NCBI GenBank assembly: GCA_963737905.1
Contig: CAVTUQ010000037.1
Span: 160,001-224,000 of the forward strand
Direction: 5' to 3'
From: an uncultured delta proteobacterium
Lineage (GTDB): Bacteria > Desulfobacterota > Binatia > UBA9968
DNA length: 64,000 nucleotides
Below are positions 1-11,610 of the stretch, piece after piece (the stretch's first letter is position 1; each line of letters begins with the position of its first letter). The notes below the pieces were generated by a model. That model saw only the letters and a program-made list of their open reading frames with translations. It was not told the DNA's origin and did not search any database. The translations under genes were made by a program, and so were the position numbers.

Positions 1-583
1 GAAGTTTCTGTTGCGAAAAATACGCGACAAAGATAATTGCCATCGGCAAAAGAGCAACCAAAGGCAGGGCAAAGATTTTGAAAGTGAAATCCATCGAAAT
101 AAATGTAATCGCGATGCCCGCCAACGCCGATAGCAAAGCGGCTCGCGGCGTGACGCGGCGTACGCTCTCCGCGATGAATGCACAGAGGATCTCGATGACT
201 CCGTTGAGAAAGCAAGCAACGAGCCCGACCTTCCACGCCCAGACCGGATCTTTGGTCTCCTGATAGATCGGCAGCATGATGAAGAAAACAAAAGCGAAGA
301 GACTCACTGTGTTGATGCCGTAGGGAAGCGCGGTTACGTCTTCACGCCCCGTCTCCCGGGCAAGCTGCCGTGCCTGCCAAGCATAGAAAAAATTGCCAAC
401 CAGAATCGAAATCGCCGCCCCCGGCAGAATGCGCCCGAAAATGTAGCTGTCCGGCAAATGGATAAGCTCCCGGCAGAGACTGACGATGAGAATCAGTTGG
501 ATCAGGTTATCGATCATGAGACCGAAAAACCCATCCAGATCTTTACGGACAAACCACGGTGGATTCATTAAGTGTTGCGACAT
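1..583 (-). CDS. NCS2/AzgA-like (xanthine/uracil/vitamin C) permease, 5' part; runs off the window start
   Basis: Manual minus-strand translation MSQHLMNPPWFVRKDLDGFFGLMIDNLIQLILIV...EDVTALPYGINTVS; multiple hydrophobic segments; GGAG upstream of ATG at 583; absent from ORF track because truncated. Confidence 0.75.
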   Translation of the reverse strand, partial: MSQHLMNPPWFVRKDLDGFFGLMIDNLIQLILIVSLCRELIHLPDSYIFGRILPGAAISILVGNFFYAWQARQLARETGREDVTALPYGINTVSLFAFVFFIMLPIYQETKDPVWAWKVGLVACFLNGVIEILCAFIAESVRRVTPRAALLSALAGIAITFISMDFTFKIFALPLVALLPMAIIFVAYFSQQKL

Positions 584-852
584 GGAAACAGCTCCGCGTT
601 GTCGAATTCGACAGAATGTAGCCGCCCTCACTCTTCCCTGTCAAACCGAGAAAGGCCTACGGATCGTTGAGCCTTTGGTCCTTTGCCCCTTTGCACGGCG
701 ATCAAAATCGTGCACCCAATGCTTAACAAGTCGTCATCATTTCCAACCCCACCCTGGCCAAGTTTCGTCTGCTACGGCCACTTTTGTCACTGAGCAAGGG
801 GTTCCTCAATATTGAACCCGTAAAAGAACGATAATTGTGACAAGGCCCTAGC

Positions 853-868
853 TGGCCTTCTCATTGCA
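853..868 (+). promoter_or_regulatory. candidate sigma54 (-24/-12) promoter of the lipoprotein gene
   Basis: TGGCCTTCTCATTGCA = GG-N10-GC, about 40 nt upstream of ATG 907. Confidence 0.5.
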
Positions 869-906
869 TTTCATTTACGGAGAGCAACCAAAATAAGGAG
901 GGGGTA

Positions 907-1437
907 ATGTTCGATTCGAAACAATTGTGTATGCTACTGCTTCTCGGATTTCTGCTTCCATTAACCACAGGCTGCGGCTCTTCATTCAGAAGCAAGTCGG
1001 AATCTAAGACCGCTTCCACGGTTCCTGAGACCAAGATCTTACGTGACAAAGTCGAAGTGATTCCATCACTCGACGCCAGTCTGACTAAGCTCACATTTTT
1101 TAGCAGCAGCGCTTCCGACATCGCACCTCTTAAAAACCCGACGTATAATAGTCGGTTTGCCCATGCGGTCACTAACCGAGTTTATCCGGAAATCCACCTC
1201 GAGTATCCGCGGCCCGGAAAGAGGGTCTATTTCACAATGACCGTCCAAATCCGCGAGAACCAAAAAACGTTCAGAATTGTGGACTATGAAACCCGGATAG
1301 AACCGAACTGGACTTCATCTTACCACTCGGTGGGCATAGGGGTATTGGGTCCAGGAAACTGGCGTCCCGGTGCTTACGAGGCGGATGTCTACATCAACGG
1401 CGAGAAAATAGCGATGGGTTCCTTTGAAGTTTACTAA
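907..1437 (+). CDS. hypothetical lipoprotein
   Basis: Hydrophobic N-terminus ending LTTGC; AAGGAG RBS; beta-rich C-terminus (WRPGAYEADVYINGE). Confidence 0.65.
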   Translation: MFDSKQLCMLLLLGFLLPLTTGCGSSFRSKSESKTASTVPETKILRDKVEVIPSLDASLTKLTFFSSSASDIAPLKNPTYNSRFAHAVTNRVYPEIHLEYPRPGKRVYFTMTVQIRENQKTFRIVDYETRIEPNWTSSYHSVGIGVLGPGNWRPGAYEADVYINGEKIAMGSFEVY

Positions 1438-1774
1438 TCTCGAAGCGATCCGAGAGTTCAGCCGTGAGATTCGGCGATATGTTTTCGTTTTCTCTCTGCT
1501 CCGCGATTTACCCGGCGCAGAGAACTTACAACTTTTGTTGGCGTGAAAGTCCCTCTCGGTAGCGAATAGTCTTCCTTTGACAATCCTGCGGTCGGAAATC
1601 AGGTCCGTTTGGGTTCAGCTCCAGACCTTTGACGAGCCTTTCCATTCTTTTTCTGGAGATGTTGGACCCCTTTGCGTTCTCATGCTCGCAACATCTGATG
1701 AGTACGCATTCTGGACGCCGGATAGGCGACGTAGATTGCTAACTTGAAAGATCGGAGCATGGACGATAAGAATA

Positions 1775-2503
1775 ATGCAAGGGATGTTTAAGTTGTTTTA
1801 CACCGATTTGGGCCGGACGGGTTATCCCGCAGCGCTGGCGCTGCAGGAGAGAATTGTAGAGCTGAAACAACGGGAGCCTTCGGCCGACGTGATACTTTTC
1901 GTCGAACATCCCCACGTTTATACCCTCGGTCGCGGCGGCAAGTCATCCAATCTCCTCGCTCCGCAGGAAGTTCCGGTCGTTAGGACAAGCCGTGGCGGGG
2001 ACGTCACCTACCATGGACCGGGCCAGCTGGTGATCTATCCGCTTATTGATCTACGCTCGAAGTTACGCAAGGACGTACACCGCTACCTTAGAAATTTGGA
2101 GATGAGCGTCGTCCGCACCCTGAAGGATTTTGGTCTCGACAGTGTGCAGCGCCCGCCCTACAGCGGAATCTGGATCGAGAATAGAAAAATTGCCGCTATC
2201 GGGATCGCCGTGCGTCGCGGTATTACTTTTCACGGCCTGGCTTTGAATGTGAACACGGACCTCTCCTATTTCAGTCGGATTATTCCATGCGGACTGACAT
2301 GGGCCGAAGTCACCTCGATGTCTAGGGAACTGCGGGTGGAACAAGATCAAAGTAAAGTGAAAAACAGATTTCTCCATCACTTCGCTGAACTGTTTAGCTA
2401 TAGGGATGTTAAAGAGAGTGACTCAGCCGAGGATGCGGGATGGAAGATGGAAGATGGCAATTCTCGATCCTCGATCATCAATCCTCGACCGGAAGCGTAT
2501 TAG
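1775..2503 (+). CDS. lipB: lipoyl(octanoyl) transferase LipB
   Basis: EHPHVYTLGR, RGGDVTYHGPGQLV, KIAAIG, HGLALNV, IIPCG motifs; adjacent to lipA. Confidence 0.95.
   Translation: MQGMFKLFYTDLGRTGYPAALALQERIVELKQREPSADVILFVEHPHVYTLGRGGKSSNLLAPQEVPVVRTSRGGDVTYHGPGQLVIYPLIDLRSKLRKDVHRYLRNLEMSVVRTLKDFGLDSVQRPPYSGIWIENRKIAAIGIAVRRGITFHGLALNVNTDLSYFSRIIPCGLTWAEVTSMSRELRVEQDQSKVKNRFLHHFAELFSYRDVKESDSAEDAGWKMEDGNSRSSIINPRPEAY
2429..2488. repeat. heptamer tandem repeats in inverted arrangement (GAAGATG / ATCCTCG type), inside the lipB 3' end
   Basis: gaggatgcgggatggaagatggaagatgg ... tctcgatcctcgatcatcaatcctcga. Confidence 0.7.
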
Positions 2504-2506
2504 AAA

Positions 2507-3355
2507 ATGCCCCGCCGACATCCAGACTGGATCAAAGTCAAGCCTCCAGGTAACCCCAACTATCTTCGCCTGAAACGCATCCTGCGGGAGAAAAAGCTTC
2601 ACACGGTTTGCGAGGAGGCACGCTGCCCGAATATCGGCGAGTGCTGGGGCAACAAGACTGCGACCTTTTTGATCCTGGGTGACACGTGCACGCGCGGCTG
2701 CCGTTTTTGCGCCATCGACAAAGGCAAGCCTCTGACGTTGGATCCGGAAGAACCGCGTAACGTCGCTTTGGTTGTAAAAGACCTCGGACTTGATCACATC
2801 GTCGTCACCTCCGTCAATCGCGACGATCTTCCAGACGGCGGTGCCAATCATTTCGCCAAGACGGTATTTTGGATAAAAAGCCTCAACCCCGGAATCCGCG
2901 TTGAAGTGCTGATTCCAGATTTTGAAGGTAACCTTGGGGCACTTGAGACAGTCGTCAATTCAGGAATCGAGGTCCTCAACCACAATATTGAAACCGTGCC
3001 CAGGCTCTACGGCAAAGTGCGTCCGGGTCACAGCTATGAGTGCTCGCTAAGTATTTTACGGCAAGCCAAGAATGTTCGCGGCGATGTACTGACCAAGTCG
3101 GGATTCATGGTCGGCGTTGGCGAATCCTACGATGAGGTGAAAAGCACATTACACGACTTGAGGGAAAACGACGTCGATATCGTCACCATCGGACAATACC
3201 TGCAACCCTCGAACCGGCAATTGGGCGTCGAGCGCTACGTGACACCTGACGAATTCAAAGAATTCAAAACGGAAGGCGAAAAACTTGGCTTTCGCCACGT
3301 TGAATCCGGCCCCCTCGTTCGCAGCTCATACCATGCTTGGAGCCATGTCAGTTAG
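2507..3355 (+). CDS. lipA: lipoyl synthase LipA (radical SAM)
   Basis: CEEARCPNIGECW, CTRGCRFC and RSSYHA motifs. Confidence 0.97.
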   Translation: MPRRHPDWIKVKPPGNPNYLRLKRILREKKLHTVCEEARCPNIGECWGNKTATFLILGDTCTRGCRFCAIDKGKPLTLDPEEPRNVALVVKDLGLDHIVVTSVNRDDLPDGGANHFAKTVFWIKSLNPGIRVEVLIPDFEGNLGALETVVNSGIEVLNHNIETVPRLYGKVRPGHSYECSLSILRQAKNVRGDVLTKSGFMVGVGESYDEVKSTLHDLRENDVDIVTIGQYLQPSNRQLGVERYVTPDEFKEFKTEGEKLGFRHVESGPLVRSSYHAWSHVS

Positions 3356-3357
3356 AG

Positions 3358-3423
3358 TCGAGGATAGAGGATCGACAATGGAGGATAGAATTTTTCAATC
3401 CTCGATCTTCCGTCTTCTATCTT
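3358..3423. repeat. heptamer tandem-repeat hairpin (GAGGATA / ATCCTCG type)
   Basis: tcgaggatagaggatcg...gaggatag ... aatcctcgatcttccgtcttctatctt; same family as 2429-2488. Confidence 0.7.
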
Positions 3424-3468
3424 AGGATGATCAAGACGAGCGATTGTAAATCACAAAAGGAGGTTGCC

Positions 3469-3834
3469 ATGAAGGTATTGCGCATGCGCTCATGGAATTT
3501 TCATGCGGATAAATTAGACGAAATGACGCGCTTCTATCAGAACGCGTTAGGCGCAGAGGTGCGCACCCAACACAACGTCGGCGGAGTTAAAGTGACGCGC
3601 CTGCGCGCTGGTGAGACCGGGCTCGGTCTCTTCGACGCCTCGGAGAAGCGGGCACCGCAAGTACCCCATCACACCTTTGATATCGAAGGACCCAGCGATC
3701 CGAAAGAGTTGATCAAAGAGCTGGAAGGGAAAGGGATCAAAGCGGATGAGATACGCATTCATGGCGAAGGCCCAGGCTACTCGGTCTACGTCGTCGACCC
3801 CAGCGGAAATCGGCTCGAGTTATCCAAGGACTAG
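3469..3834 (+). CDS. VOC/glyoxalase family protein
   Basis: RFYQNALG and YVVDPSGNRLEL motifs; AAGGAGG RBS before ATG 3469. Confidence 0.85.
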   Translation: MKVLRMRSWNFHADKLDEMTRFYQNALGAEVRTQHNVGGVKVTRLRAGETGLGLFDASEKRAPQVPHHTFDIEGPSDPKELIKELEGKGIKADEIRIHGEGPGYSVYVVDPSGNRLELSKD

Positions 3835-3898
3835 CGCAAGACCCTGCGCGTAAATCCACCGCATACTTGTTCCAGCCCGATTTGTCGGACGATTAGGT

Positions 3899-5242
3899 CT
3901 AGCTCGTCGCGATCCGGGCGGCGAGCCAGCGGGCTGTGCGCAGAAGACGAGCGTCGCCGTTCCGCGGGCCGACCAGTTGAACGCCGATGGGTAGTCCGCT
4001 CGCGCTCTGCAGAAGCGGCAAGCTGATCGCGGGCATACCGCAAAGCGTCCACAAGGTGCAGAAGACCGGATCCCCGGTCGAGGAAAGGCCTTTGGGTGCT
4101 GCTCCAGTCGCAGCCGGCGTCAGGATAGCGTCGTAGCGCTGCTCGAAAAGCTCGACGAAGCTTTCGTGGATGGGCGCGATCCGAGAGCGCGCGCGCTGGT
4201 AGTCAATCGCGCGTACGTTATGCCCGCGCTCCAGCTGCGCCCGCAGTTGCTCCGAGAGACGGTCGTATCCCTTGTCCCACTCCCGCTTGAGGTTCGCCGC
4301 CATCTCGGCTTCCATGATCGTCCGGTGCAAATCCCACGCGTCGATCGCCGACGGCAAAAGCGCGACCTCTTCGACCTGTTTGCCCAATCGCTCGACCAGC
4401 TCGGCAAAACCCTCCTTGGTGTCTTCGTCCACGCGCTCCCAATGCGGGGTTTTCACGAACCCAAACATCGGAGGCAGCGGCGGCTCTTCGACCGCGACTT
4501 CAACGAACGGTATGCGGGCTCGTAGACGCGTGTCAGGATCATTTTCATCGTAGCCGACCAACCGCTCGGCAAGCAACGCGATATCGTCAATGGAGCGCGC
4601 GAACAGCCCGACATGATCGAGCGTGCCCGATAGGGCGAATACTCGGTGGCGCGAAATTAGTCCATGCGTCGGCTTGAAACCGATACAGCCACAATATGCC
4701 GCCGGGCGAATTGTCGAACCATTGGTCTGGCTGCCGAGCGCCAATGGAACCATATTCGCGGCCACCGCTGCGGCTGAACCGCTCGACGAACCGCCGGGCG
4801 TGTGCTCGGAGTTGTGAGGGTTGCGTGTTTTACCAGGAGAAAAATACGCAAACTCGGTCGTCACAGTCTTGCCCATGATCACCGCACCCGCCGCACGGAG
4901 CATAGCCACCGCGGCGGCATCATGCGACGGTGTGCGACCAGCGTAGATCACTGATCCGTTTTCGGTCGGCATGTCGGCGGTGTCGAAAATATCTTTGATG
5001 CCGATCGGCACGCCGTGCAATGGGCCAATCCGTTTTCCTTCGAGACGAAGCTGATCCAGAGCGCGCGCCTGCGCGAGCGCGTGATCGGGATCTAGGAACG
5101 TCCACGCCTGGATTTGCCCATCGACCTCACGAATTCGTGCCAGACAGGCTTCCACGAACTGCTCCGAGCTGACAACGCCGTCGCGGATCAAGCGGGCCGC
5201 TTCGGAGGCGGAAAGCGAGTGGAGATTTGTCGGATGCATCAT
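3899..5242 (-). CDS. amidase signature family protein
   Basis: GPLHGVPIGIKD, PGGSSSGSAAAVAA, GSQTNGSTIRPAAYCG; start placed at MMHPTN because the upstream extension overlaps a repeat. Confidence 0.92.
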   Translation of the reverse strand: MMHPTNLHSLSASEAARLIRDGVVSSEQFVEACLARIREVDGQIQAWTFLDPDHALAQARALDQLRLEGKRIGPLHGVPIGIKDIFDTADMPTENGSVIYAGRTPSHDAAAVAMLRAAGAVIMGKTVTTEFAYFSPGKTRNPHNSEHTPGGSSSGSAAAVAANMVPLALGSQTNGSTIRPAAYCGCIGFKPTHGLISRHRVFALSGTLDHVGLFARSIDDIALLAERLVGYDENDPDTRLRARIPFVEVAVEEPPLPPMFGFVKTPHWERVDEDTKEGFAELVERLGKQVEEVALLPSAIDAWDLHRTIMEAEMAANLKREWDKGYDRLSEQLRAQLERGHNVRAIDYQRARSRIAPIHESFVELFEQRYDAILTPAATGAAPKGLSSTGDPVFCTLWTLCGMPAISLPLLQSASGLPIGVQLVGPRNGDARLLRTARWLAARIATS

Positions 5243-5245
5243 AGG

Positions 5246-5271
5246 CCGTTGAAAAAGGCTCATCTGCTTCG
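5246..5271. repeat. partial copy (one end) of the dispersed element at 33908-34026
   Basis: ccgttgaaaaaggctcatctgcttcg matches the reverse complement of 34001-34026 at 24/26. Confidence 0.7.
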
Positions 5272-5371
5272 ACAGCGGAAAGGCCACGATGATCTCAATC
5301 GATTCTGTGTTGCGCTTCTGTCATGCCACCGTTGCCTACGGTACGTAGGGGTGGCCAGGACACTTATTCTA

Positions 5372-5496
5372 AAGCCGCAACCCGAGGGACCGAGCAGCAC
5401 GAGAAATTCTCCATCCCTGGTGAGCAGATCTATACCGTTCACTGCGGCGACGTCGCCGTAATATTTCTTGACCCCGCGTGTCTCTACAGTCGCCAT
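5372..5496 (-). pseudogene. truncated sugar ABC ATP-binding subunit (MalK/UgpC-like N-terminal stub)
   Basis: MATVETRGVKKYYGDVAAVNGIDLLTRDGEFLVLLGPSGCG, then similarity stops inside Walker A before the Lys. Confidence 0.8.
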
Positions 5497-5545
5497 GCGT
5501 TTTGTAAATTTCCGGGGTCACGCTGTGTGCCGCGGAGATCCGGTC

Positions 5546-6918
5546 CTACATGAGCTTTCGCTCGCGCCACTTCTCCCAGATGCGGCGGCATTCGAACTCG
5601 GCTTCTTTGACCGAATCCTCGGGGCTCAGCACGCCTTGAGCGGCCTTGGCAAACATGACGTTGATGACCCATTTCTGATAGACCTCGTCGATGGCGGCGT
5701 TGGCATAGCCAGGGTAGCCGATGTTGGTGGCCCAACTCAGCACGTCTTCCAAGACTTTGTACTTGTCAGATGGTTTAGCCTTGCTGTCGTTGGTGAGCAG
5801 TTGCTTCAGGTCCGGCACGGTGCGCTGAAAGCAGGGGAAGTCATAGAATTCACCGTTACAACGCCTGGCAAAAAATGCACATAGCCACGAGAAACTTCTT
5901 GGCGCCGTCGATATTTTCGGCGAACTTCCAGATCGACGTACACGTCCATCACATGTTCCAGGCCGATCCGGCGCACCGGGCCGGCGGCTGCCTTGGCGAG
6001 GTGGATCTTTTCTGTGAACTTCGGATTGTCCTTCTCACCGGTGCTGGTGATGGAGATGGCGTTGAGCGCCAGTGAAATGGTGCCCGCCAGCATGGCCCGG
6101 TTGTTGGAGGAGGGATCCCAGGTGAAGACTTCCGGGGTCATGGTCTCTTGAAACAGAGCCTTCACAAACTTCACGGCCTCGACGGTGTTCTTGGAGTTCA
6201 AGGTCAGATAGCCGGCGGCGTCCTGCTCATGGGCGCCGAACGAGTACATAATGGTGCGCATGGCCATGGCCGTATCGAGCTCCTGAGCCAAACCGATGCC
6301 CACCGGGATGTTGTGTTTTTGCTTTATCTTGCGGCCGCCGTCGAGGATCTTATCCCAGCTGTAGGGCACGACCCCGACATCATCCCACAAGTCCTTGCGC
6401 CAGTTTATGGGGTCCGGTGTGAAGGAGGGAGAGAAGCCAAAGTACTTCTTGGTTTTTGGGTTGTAGGTGCTCTTGATGGCGAGGTCGATGGGCTTGCCGT
6501 GCTTCTTCTCGCACTCCGCATAAACGTCCTTCATGTCTATGGCCTGCTCCTCGTAGAACGGAGGCGGCCAGTTGAAGAGAAACAGGTCGTGGCCTTTCTG
6601 GGCGGATACCTCAGCGGCGGCGCGGGCGCTGATGCCGGGGAGACCGATGTTATCCACGGTGACTTCGGTGTTGTTTTTCTCGCCCCACTGCTTGACGTAT
6701 TTCTCGTTAAACCATTTGTCGAAGGCCGGGACGAAGTGCACCCACTGAAGAATCTTCAGGCTCTTCTTGGCGCTGGCGCCGTAGGAGCGCTGCGGGACAA
6801 TAAAGGGCACGCCTAACCCTGTTGCCAGCGCACCCGCAGCCGTTGTCTTAATGAAATCACGCCGATTGAACCGAAGAGCCTTGGGGCTCTGCCTGCGCCA
6901 ATTATCTATATAAGACAT
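5546..6918 (-). CDS. Tat-exported ABC solute-binding protein (carbohydrate family), frameshifted near 5800-5940
   Basis: RRDFIK twin-arginine signal; SBP_bac_1-like sequence split over ORFs 5806-6963 and 5546-5818. Confidence 0.8.
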
Positions 6919-8221
6919 TAGGAAACCAGAGGATGATCTCGGGAAAAATGATGCAGAGTGCAAGGCCGATTAACTGCAAGGCAATGAAGGGGATCGCAGA
7001 CCACCAAATTTCCCGCGTGGTGATGCCGAGCCGCACTCCTATGGCTCCTGCAAGATAGAAGAGTGCATAGCCAAACGGCGGGGAGAGAAAAGAAATTTGC
7101 ATGTTCACGGCGTAAAGCACGCCGAACCAGATCGGGTCGAAGCCTAGCTTCTTGATGATCGGGACAAAGATAGGAACGCAGAGCATCAGGATGCCGACCC
7201 AGTCCAGGAAGCAGCCGAGGAAAAGCAAGATTAGCTGCATAAGGAACAGAATTCCCCATGGGCCCAGACCGGAGCCAAGAAGAGAATCTTCGACGAATCT
7301 GCCGCCGCCAACCGCCACGTAAAGGGCGACAAAGAGATTGGCTCCGAAGATGGTCCAGAGGACCATGGAGGTGGCCTTGAGCGTGTTTTCGCACGCCTGG
7401 TAGAGCTTCAACCAACTGAACTTTCGCTGAAGAGTGACAATTAGAATCGCCCCAAAGGCACCGACTCCGGCGGCCTCGGTCGGCGATGCGATACCGGCGA
7501 ACATAGTTCCTAGCACCACCACAACGAGAACCATGGGGACAAGGACGCCACGCGCGATCTTGAGTTTCTGAACGAAGGACATCCGCTCCTCGAGGGGAAC
7601 CGGCGGACCCATCTCGGGCCGGACCCAGCAGCGCACGGTGATATAGGCGATGTAGAGACCGGACAAGAGAAGGCCGGGTAGAAACGAGCCGGCGTACAGC
7701 TGGCCGATCGACTCGTTGGCCACCAGGCCGTAGACAATCATGAGGACGCTGGGAGGTATCAGAATCCCGAGAGTCCCTCCTGCGAGAACGGCTCCCATCG
7801 CCAGACGTTTGTCGTAACCGCGTTTGAACATTTCAGGCAGCGCGATCATGCTCATCGTAGTCTCGCTGGCGCCGATCACGCCTACCATAGCGGCAAGAAT
7901 GGTGCAGGCAACCACCGTCGCTGATGCCACGCCCCCACGGACCCCACCCATCCAGCGATAGATAACCTCGTAGAGCTCCTCCATGATCCCGCTGCGCTCG
8001 AGGATCGCAGCCATGAAAATAAAAAGCGGGATGGCGGCCAATAGATAATTGTTCATCAAGGTAAAGGTGCGCACCACGCCGAGGCTTGCTCCAGAGGGGC
8101 CGAGCAGAAAAAGGGTAAAGATCATGCCAATGCTGCCACAGGCGAACGCCACCGGCATACCCGCTAGAAGCACCAGCAATAGGGAGCCGAACATCAGGAA
8201 GGTGATCCACTCGATGTTCAT
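6902..8221 (-). CDS. dctM: TRAP transporter large permease
   Basis: AIPLFIFM, GGTLGILIPPS, TEAAGVGA, PPFG motifs; highly hydrophobic. Confidence 0.93.
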   Translation of the reverse strand: MNIEWITFLMFGSLLLVLLAGMPVAFACGSIGMIFTLFLLGPSGASLGVVRTFTLMNNYLLAAIPLFIFMAAILERSGIMEELYEVIYRWMGGVRGGVASATVVACTILAAMVGVIGASETTMSMIALPEMFKRGYDKRLAMGAVLAGGTLGILIPPSVLMIVYGLVANESIGQLYAGSFLPGLLLSGLYIAYITVRCWVRPEMGPPVPLEERMSFVQKLKIARGVLVPMVLVVVVLGTMFAGIASPTEAAGVGAFGAILIVTLQRKFSWLKLYQACENTLKATSMVLWTIFGANLFVALYVAVGGGRFVEDSLLGSGLGPWGILFLMQLILLFLGCFLDWVGILMLCVPIFVPIIKKLGFDPIWFGVLYAVNMQISFLSPPFGYALFYLAGAIGVRLGITTREIWWSAIPFIALQLIGLALCIIFPEIILWFPNVLYR

Positions 8222-8730
8222 TTAAGCTCGCTCCCCGTTACAGCGAAGTAAAAGTCACGAATGAAGTTGGCGCCACCCTGTAACAGGAGGAGCAGCGAAC
8301 CGAGGAACACTGTGAACTTCACGGGGTAGAGAGGTGGACCCCAATCGGTGAACGACAGTTCCCACATTTTCTGAGAGTCCCAGTAGAAGAACCAACCGGT
8401 ATAGGTCATCACCCCCACATAAAGGAAAAACAGGAGAGCCGTTAGCGCGTCCATTCGGGCTCTGTTGCGCGGCGAGAGAGACTGATAGACAACGTCCACG
8501 CGGACGTGAGATTTTGAGTAGTGAGCAAAGGCGCCAGAGAGGATATACTGCATGCCGAAGATGAGGGTCATCGACTCATGGGCCCAGTTGGTCGGACGGT
8601 CAAAAACATACCGCGCGATAACCTCGAAGGTGATGATCAAAACCGCTAGAAGCGTCCACCACGCGAGGATCCTTCCTGAAACCAAACTGGTCTTATCAAT
8701 CCAACGAACGATCTTCTCCAAATGTTCCAC
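8218..8730 (-). CDS. dctQ: TRAP transporter small permease
   Basis: 4 TM segments, EVIARYVF..PT.WA.E and HVRVD motifs; between dctP and dctM. Confidence 0.9.
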   Translation of the reverse strand: MEHLEKIVRWIDKTSLVSGRILAWWTLLAVLIITFEVIARYVFDRPTNWAHESMTLIFGMQYILSGAFAHYSKSHVRVDVVYQSLSPRNRARMDALTALLFFLYVGVMTYTGWFFYWDSQKMWELSFTDWGPPLYPVKFTVFLGSLLLLLQGGANFIRDFYFAVTGSELK

Positions 8731-8833
8731 AGATGCTTTCGATTAAACCTGCTCGCCACAGCGCCAAGGCAGAACCGCGTGGGTGCTGCCTCCGCCCCCA
8801 TTGAGTTACACTACCGAGATGCTGATGATTAGA

Positions 8834-9986
<1,153 letters not shown>

Positions 9987-10130
9987 AGTCCTCCTCCTTT
10001 TGTTAGAGCACGGGGACAGCGATACCCGGCCTATATACCTTTACTCGGGGATTTGCGTCAATCTTTCTTTCTTGCACCCCTCGTTGTCCTCAGATAGGCT
10101 AGGCTCGCTTCATAAAACAGCCGCCTGATT

Positions 10131-11602
10131 ATGGCTATCACTCCACAAGTGCAACGACCCGATGGGAAGAACAATCACGCTCTCATAATGGAGCTGCGTG
10201 CGATTGTAGGTGAGTTCTACGTTCTCTTCGAGAAAGAAGACGTCATCGTCTACGAGCAGGATGGTTCGATCTTTCAAGTGATGCCGGAAGTGGTGGTCGT
10301 TCCCGGGGACGTGCAGCAGGTAGCCGCGGTCGTCAAGGCCGCGAAGCGAGCCAATGTGCCGATCGTTCCACGCGGCTCCGGGACCGGACTTGCCGGCGGC
10401 GCCGTTCCAGCCGAAGGGGGTATTGTCCTCTCGTTAGCGCGGCTAATCGCATTCTGAAAATCGATCTGCAAAATCGCATGGCCATTGTCGAACCCGGTGT
10501 GATCAATATCGACGTCACGAAAGCGGTGGCCGGGGACGGTTACTTTTACGCACCCGATCCCAGCAGCCAGGTCGCCTGCTCCATCGGTGGCAATGTCGCC
10601 AACAACTCGGGCGGGCCGCACACCCTCGCCTATGGGGTAACGACGAACCACGTCCTAGGCGTCGAAGCGGTGTTGGACGATGGGCAGATCGTCTGGCTCG
10701 GCGGCGAGGTTCCAGACGCCCCGGGCTACGATCTTTGCGGACTCTTTGTTGGCTCCGAAGGAACCATGGGAATCGTCACCAAGGTCGCAGTGAGACTCAT
10801 GCAGACTCGCGAGTCCGTGCGCACGTTGCTGGCGATCTTCGACGCGATGGATATAGCGACTCGGACGGTCGTCGATATCACGGGTGCGGGGATCATCCCC
10901 GCGGCGCTGGAAATGATGGACCGGACAACGATAGAGGCAGTGGAAACCGGTTCCCCCGTCGGTTTCCCTCGCGACGCCGAAGCCGTGCTGATCGTGGAAG
11001 TCGAAGGTATCCTTGAACAGACCGAGCGTTCACTGAATCTCGCGCGCACGGTCTGCGAGCGCAATGGCGCTCGGGAGGTGCGAGTTGCCAAAGACGACGC
11101 CGAGCGACAACTGCTCTGGAAGGGCAGAAAAGGCGCTTTCGGAGCCATGGGCGCTTTGGCGCCGAACTATTATGTTCAAGACGGCGTTGTGCCGCGCAGT
11201 AAACTGCCGGAAATGATGAAACGCGTGGCCCAAATCAGCAAACAATATAACCTTCGGATCGCCAATGTCTTTCATGCCGGCGACGGCAACCTTCATCCAA
11301 ATATCCTTTTCGATATGCGGATACCGGGCGAACTGGATCGCGTCATCGAAGCAGGAGCAGCCACGCTGCGCGCTTGCATCGAGCTCGGCGGCAGCATCAC
11401 CGGCGAGCACGGCGTCGGACTGGAGAAAAAAGCTTACATCGGACTCCTGTTCAACGAAGCCGATCTCGAAGCCATGTCCCGGGTTCGACGAGCCTTCGAT
11501 CCCGATGGACGATTCAACCCCGCAAAACTGTTCCCAACGCCTATCAGTTGTGGCGAGATGCGCCGGCAACCAGCCAATATTCCGGCGGGATTGTGGATCT
11601 AA
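10131..11602 (+). CDS. glcD: glycolate/lactate oxidase FAD subunit GlcD; frameshift near 10445
   Basis: PRGSGTGLAGGA, PDPSSQVACSIGGNVANNSGG, HAGDGNLHP, GEHGVG. Confidence 0.9.
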
Positions 11603-11610
11603 AAGAAAAA

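Noticed and set aside
1440-1770. Possible small minus-strand ORF (MERLVKGLELNP...) or ncRNA upstream of lipB
   Set aside because: Only 39 codons from the ATG, no recognisable motif or convincing RBS, no identifiable RNA structure
3899-5242. Calling the amidase gatA
   Set aside because: No gatB or gatC adjacent; only the generic amidase signature is supported
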